Made by a program: the position numbers and the translations under genes. The notes beneath the pieces are model-generated. The model saw only the letters and a list, made by a program, of their open reading frames with translations. It was not told the DNA's origin and did not search any database. A stretch of 64,000 bases of DNA from an uncultured Candidatus Saccharibacteria bacterium (lineage in GTDB: Bacteria > Patescibacteriota > Minisyncoccia > SW-4-49-11). Where the stretch lies: contig CAZWIJ010000001.1 in the NCBI GenBank assembly GCA_964633865.1, positions 66,352 to 130,351 on the forward strand, read 5' to 3'. Numbering within the stretch: position 1 is the stretch's first letter; every line of letters starts with the position of its first letter. Shown here piece by piece: positions 59,634 to 64,000 of this stretch.

Positions 59634-60347
59634 ATGAAATATAGAGTAATTACAAAAGCTGATATAGGTAAAGCTGACTATGGATGGCTAAAACCAAATT
59701 ATTACTTTAGCTTTGCGAATTATTATAATCCAGATAGAATGGGATTTGGTAAATTAAGAGTACTCAACAATGATTGGATTGCTCCATCAAGTGGATTTTC
59801 TCCCCATTCTCATCAAAATATGGAAATTGTAACTATTGTCTTTGAAGGAACTTTAACCCACAAAGATAGTCTTGGAAGCATTGGTCATATAAAAAATGGT
59901 ACTATTCAAATAATGTCAGCTGGATCAGGTATTACTCATTCAGAATATAATGATAGTGATAAAGAAGCTGTTACACTATTTCAAATTTGGATTGAACCCA
60001 ATAGACATAATATTAACCCTCGTTATGAGGAAAAATCTTTTGATACAACAAAGAAAAATGAAGTAATCCCTCTTATCACTCCTGATAATAATGACTTTTC
60101 TTTAAAAATTTATCAAGAAGTTTATATATCTTTAATAAATTTAGAAAATTCTGAAATAAACTACAATTTAAATAATTCTAAAAACGGATTATTCATAATA
60201 CCTTTTCAAAATAATATTACAATTTCTGATATTAATGTCATTCTAGAAGAAAAAGAAGCCATTGAAATAATTGATATAAAAGAAAAAAGTATCAATATTG
60301 GATCTGATACTTTATCCTCTTTAATTGTTATTGAAACTACTCTTTAA
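59634..60347 (+). CDS. Pirin-family cupin protein
   Basis: GFSPHSHQNMEIVTIVFEG...HKDSLGS...SAGSGITHSE metal-binding His pattern. Confidence 0.7.
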   Translation: MKYRVITKADIGKADYGWLKPNYYFSFANYYNPDRMGFGKLRVLNNDWIAPSSGFSPHSHQNMEIVTIVFEGTLTHKDSLGSIGHIKNGTIQIMSAGSGITHSEYNDSDKEAVTLFQIWIEPNRHNINPRYEEKSFDTTKKNEVIPLITPDNNDFSLKIYQEVYISLINLENSEINYNLNNSKNGLFIIPFQNNITISDINVILEEKEAIEIIDIKEKSINIGSDTLSSLIVIETTL

Positions 60348-60358
60348 ATCAAACTTTA

Positions 60359-60748
60359 TTATTTTTTTGTAAGTAAATCTCTAATTTCCTTTAATACGAG
60401 TAATTCTTGATTGATCTCTTTCTTTTTAACTTGAGATTCTTTTTTATCATACTTATTTATTTGCTTAATAATAATGAATATTACCCAACTAACAATGAGA
60501 AAGTCTATTACAGTGTTCAAAAAAATACCATAATTAATAGAAATTGAAGCTATGTATCCTGAACTTTCTTTTATAACCAATTTCAAATTAGAAAAATCTA
60601 CTCCTCCAAGTAAGTATCCTATTGGTGGCATTATAATATCATTTACCAAAGATGTAACTATTTTACCAAAAGCTCCACCAATTATAACTCCGATTGCAAG
60701 ATCTGTAACATTTCCTTTAATGGCAAATTCCTTAAATTCTTTAAACAT
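60359..60748 (-). CDS. mscL: Large-conductance mechanosensitive channel
   Basis: [31 protein letters not shown]... signature. Confidence 0.85.
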   Translation of the reverse strand: MFKEFKEFAIKGNVTDLAIGVIIGGAFGKIVTSLVNDIIMPPIGYLLGGVDFSNLKLVIKESSGYIASISINYGIFLNTVIDFLIVSWVIFIIIKQINKYDKKESQVKKKEINQELLVLKEIRDLLTKK

Positions 60749-60839
60749 AATATTGATAATTTAAATGTATATATCTATATTGTATCCTATATTTAATATT
60801 TTTTATATAAAAATAAATTAACTTATAAATATTATTTAA

Positions 60840-60869
60840 AAATAAAAAACTCACTCTGAATAGTTCAGA
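60840..60869 (-). terminator. Weak hairpin plus T-run downstream of the cysteine-desulfurase/small-ORF unit
   Basis: Minus-strand reading TCTGAA-CTA-TTCAGA followed by GTGAGTTTTTTATTT. Confidence 0.35.
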
Positions 60870-60904
60870 ATAAGTTTAAACTTAAAATTTAGTTACTTTA
60901 GATA

Positions 60905-61069
60905 TTAGTTCTTAGTTGGAATCATTCTACCATTAATATATCTATATAGTCCAAAAATACAAGGTTGTGCATATAGACCTGAACCTATATGTATGTACTT
61001 TTGCCCATCTACTAATAAAAATTTATTAGTATTAGATTCGACTTCATTTTCTTTTTCTGTTTGGTACAT
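60905..61069 (-). CDS. Small (54-aa) ORF of unknown function downstream of the cysteine desulfurase; absent from the ORF track
   Basis: Manual translation MYQTEKENEVESNTNKFLLVDGQKYIHIGSGLYAQPCIFGLYRYINGRMIPTKN. Confidence 0.2.
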   Translation of the reverse strand: MYQTEKENEVESNTNKFLLVDGQKYIHIGSGLYAQPCIFGLYRYINGRMIPTKN

Positions 61070-61147
61070 AATTTTTCTAAACGAACTATCTACACTATAT
61101 ATAATACAAATTTATTAGAGTTTTGTCAATTATAATAATCAATTTTA

Positions 61148-62305
61148 TTATGAGGTTATTTTTTCAAATACTTCTAAAAACTTATCTACTTCTTGTCTTG
61201 TATTATAAATAGATAGGGATATCCTAATACAAGAATTTGCCCTTTCTTGACTTTTAGTAATCTGATATACCGTCTCTGACATCTCTATACTACCGCTATG
61301 ACAAGCAGATCCAGCAGAGATTGCTATTCCTGCCAAATCAAATGCAATTACCAACTCTTCTGAAGTCATTCCTTCTATAGAAATATTAATTGTATTATAA
61401 TCTATAAATTCAATCTCACCATTCAGCTTAACTTTAGTATGGTTTAGTAATTTATTTAGAAGATAATCTCTTAATGATTTTATTTCTTCTAGTTTAATTC
61501 TATATTCTTCTTCACTAAGAATATCAAAAGCTACTTTCATTCCATAGATTAACTCTGGGCTAATTGTTCCAGCTCTCATAGAATATTCTTGACCTCCACC
61601 AAAATTTAGAGCTTGAATTAAAGTTTTTTCTTTTATAAACAAAGCTCCAACACCTTTCGGACCATAGATTTTATGACCTGAAATAGAATATAAATCTACA
61701 TTTAAATAATTCAAATTTAATTTAATATGACCAACTGCTTGAGCTCCATCTGAATGAAAGTAAGGGTATTTAGAATTATTTTCTTGTCTATATTTTTTAA
61801 TAATTTTTCCTATTTCTTTGATCGGTTGAATTGTTCCAATTTCATTATTGATATGCATTACACTAACCAAAATAGTATTTTTTGTAATTAAATTTTGTAC
61901 TTCTAAAGGATCTACTACCCCATTCTCTCCAATAGATAATATATTTATTTTTAATTTATCTTTAAATTCTGAACCTAATTCATAAATAGTATTTAATACC
62001 GAAGAATGTTCAATTGGGGACACTATAATCTCAGCATAATTATTATATTTAAAATAATTTCTAACAACTCCTTGTATAGCAATATTATTAGATTCAGTTG
62101 CTCCAGAAGTAAAAATTATTTCATTAAACTTAACTCCTAAATAATCTGAGATTTTTTTCCTGGCAATATCTACATAACCAATTGCATTTTGTCCTAGATA
62201 ATGTGTGCTATGAGGATTTGAGAGTTGGTTTTTATATAAATCAAAAATAGATTCAGCAACTTTAGGATGAATTAAAGTACTAGCTTTAGAATCAAAATAT
62301 ATCAT
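61148..62305 (-). CDS. Cysteine desulfurase (class V aminotransferase, IscS/NifS-like)
   Basis: TSGATESNN, ISGHKIYGPKGVGAL (PLP-Lys) and C-terminal SAGSACHSG (active-site Cys). Confidence 0.8.
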   Translation of the reverse strand: MIYFDSKASTLIHPKVAESIFDLYKNQLSNPHSTHYLGQNAIGYVDIARKKISDYLGVKFNEIIFTSGATESNNIAIQGVVRNYFKYNNYAEIIVSPIEHSSVLNTIYELGSEFKDKLKINILSIGENGVVDPLEVQNLITKNTILVSVMHINNEIGTIQPIKEIGKIIKKYRQENNSKYPYFHSDGAQAVGHIKLNLNYLNVDLYSISGHKIYGPKGVGALFIKEKTLIQALNFGGGQEYSMRAGTISPELIYGMKVAFDILSEEEYRIKLEEIKSLRDYLLNKLLNHTKVKLNGEIEFIDYNTINISIEGMTSEELVIAFDLAGIAISAGSACHSGSIEMSETVYQITKSQERANSCIRISLSIYNTRQEVDKFLEVFEKITS

Positions 62306-62315
62306 TAGCTTAAAG

Positions 62316-63584
62316 TTATACTTTCATTAATTTTAAGAAATTTTCTTGATCTTTCTGTTTGAAATTCCCAATCAAAGCTAAGTTTAATTTATCTTCTAAA
62401 CAATATTTGTTCATGAAATCTTGAATATCTTGCTTTTTAATTTTATCAAACTCTGCTAACTCTTTTTCCACATCGAAAGGCTCTTTCAATTGAAGTTCGT
62501 GCATAGCTACAGCTTCTGCTATATTATCACTTGATTCTAGTCCCATAACCATGTGAGCTTTGATATTTTCTTTAGCAATTTTTAATTCTTTTTCAGTTAT
62601 TCCTGTTAGTTTTATTTTAGCAAATTCTTTACTAATTATTTTAACTGCTTCTAAAACTTTATCATTTCTAATTCCAGCATTCACAGCAAGATAACCAGCA
62701 TCATCAAAATGATCACTTGAGGCTCTGACATAATAGGCTAAACCTCTTTTTTCTCTAATCTCTGTAAAAAGTCTTGAGCTCATATACCCTCCTAGTATTG
62801 TAGAGATCAGATAAGCTTTATATTTTTCTTCTGAGTGAACATCTACTGTTCTAAATCCATACATAATGTGACATTGGTCTGTCTTTTTGTAATCAATAAA
62901 GACTTTTGCTGAATCTTGTATCTCTTTGATAGATTCTCTTTCTGGGACTTGATTTACTCTGATATTTTTAAATTTCTCTTCTACCAAATCTAATGTTTGG
63001 GAATTTACATCTCCAGCTACAACTATATAAGTATTTCCCGCCACATATTTTTGATTAAAATATTGATCAAAGTCAGGTTTTCTAAAATTCATTATATGAT
63101 CTTTTGTACCAATTATTTCTCTTCCTAAAGGAGTATCTCCATAAAGTAAAGTTTGGAATTTATCATGAATTGATCTCATTGGTAAATCCAAATACATATT
63201 CAACTCTTCCACAATTGCTCCTCTTTCTACCAAAATATCTTTTTCTGCTAATAATGAGTTTTGGAATATATCTGATATTACATCAAGAGCTATATTTTTT
63301 TGAGTATTCCTTACTTTGACCCAATAACCTGTATATTCATACCCTGTAAAAGCATTATATGAAGCTCCAAGAGCATCTAATTCTGTAGCTACAATTTTGG
63401 CTGATGGTCTCTTTTTTGTTCCTTTAAACATCATATGTTCCAAGAAATGTGACAATCCTCTTTCTTTTTCTGATTCGTATCTTGATCCAACTCCTACCAA
63501 AACTAATAGTGTGGTTGTTTGTGAGTTTTTAATTGGATAACCTATTATTGATAAACCGTTATCTAAGACTCTTTTTTTATACAT
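62316..63584 (-). CDS. M16-family (pitrilysin-like) zinc peptidase
   Basis: HFLEHMMFKGT inverted zinc-binding motif (HxxEH). Confidence 0.75.
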   Translation of the reverse strand: MYKKRVLDNGLSIIGYPIKNSQTTTLLVLVGVGSRYESEKERGLSHFLEHMMFKGTKKRPSAKIVATELDALGASYNAFTGYEYTGYWVKVRNTQKNIALDVISDIFQNSLLAEKDILVERGAIVEELNMYLDLPMRSIHDKFQTLLYGDTPLGREIIGTKDHIMNFRKPDFDQYFNQKYVAGNTYIVVAGDVNSQTLDLVEEKFKNIRVNQVPERESIKEIQDSAKVFIDYKKTDQCHIMYGFRTVDVHSEEKYKAYLISTILGGYMSSRLFTEIREKRGLAYYVRASSDHFDDAGYLAVNAGIRNDKVLEAVKIISKEFAKIKLTGITEKELKIAKENIKAHMVMGLESSDNIAEAVAMHELQLKEPFDVEKELAEFDKIKKQDIQDFMNKYCLEDKLNLALIGNFKQKDQENFLKLMKV

Positions 63585-63712
63585 TGTTGTTTGCTTAATT
63601 ATAATTAATATTATTATAGCTTAAATATTCCTTTTTTACAAATAATAAACTATTATCTTTACTATATATTAAATTTAGATTATAATATTTTTATATTTAT
63701 AAAATAAAACAT

Positions 63713-64000
63713 ATGATCTGGTTCTTTATTTTTCTACTAACACTTATAATTCTAGCTATAACAGCTCTGTTATACCATAATTTACTCAATATCTCTTCTC
63801 CACCTTATGTTCCAACCATAAACAAAAAAGTAAAGAAAATAATTATCCGAGAATTAAAGAATTCTAATATTTCTACTTTTTATGAACTTGGATGTGGTAC
63901 AGCTGAAATATCTTTTTTTGTCAAAAAAAATTTCCCTAAAATAAAAGTAATTGCAATAGAGCATGATATATTTATCTATTTAATAATAAGATTAAAAGGT
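63713..64000 (+). CDS. N-terminal part of a membrane-anchored class I SAM-dependent methyltransferase; continues past the window end
   Basis: N-terminal TM helix; motif I YELGCGTAEIS. Confidence 0.45.
   Translation, partial: MIWFFIFLLTLIILAITALLYHNLLNISSPPYVPTINKKVKKIIIRELKNSNISTFYELGCGTAEISFFVKKNFPKIKVIAIEHDIFIYLIIRLKG

Noticed and set aside
1-64000. Possible alternative genetic code (UGA=Trp or Gly), as in Mollicutes or some CPR lineages
   Set aside because: tRNA-Trp has anticodon CCA, well-conserved genes such as murG end in TGA, and the ORFs are full length under code 11. The single in-frame TAA in murC is an isolated case.

Overview
This is a very AT-rich, gene-dense bacterial chromosomal segment of about 75 protein genes and 2 tRNAs, with no rRNA and no CRISPR. 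A long block (9.9-44.7 kb) is transcribed almost entirely from the minus strand. TGA is used as a stop codon (for example at the murG end) and tRNA-Trp has a CCA anticodon, so the standard bacterial code applies. Housekeeping content: peptidoglycan and cell-envelope genes (murC, murG, mraY, uppS, uppP, mltG, two LCP proteins, several glycosyltransferases, ctpA); lower glycolysis (class I fbaB-type aldolase, tpiA, gpmA) plus pgl; translation and RNA genes (rplJ-rplL, rpmF, gltX, miaA, tsaD, pth, rnc, nusB, RNase HI); and repair (xth, xseA, an AlkD-like fragment). There is an unusually rich set of secreted or membrane-anchored cell-wall hydrolases: M15, CHAP, two M23, SLT and MltG. The gene content, compactness and composition suggest a small-genome lineage such as CPR/Patescibacteria; this is inference only. 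Main things worth a second look: (1) a plus-strand four-gene islet encoding a multi-TM protein, a RimK-like ATP-grasp fused to a retropepsin-like domain, RNase HI and a PEGA-like membrane protein; (2) a 317-bp, ~97% identical module shared by two otherwise different peptidoglycan-hydrolase genes 14 kb apart; (3) murC interrupted by one in-frame TAA; (4) a cytoplasmic protein with eleven 60-bp (20-aa) LRR-like tandem repeats; (5) tandem HPS-like (KGPDC family) paralogs, one membrane-anchored; (6) a dif-like palindrome beside a lone Xer-type recombinase.
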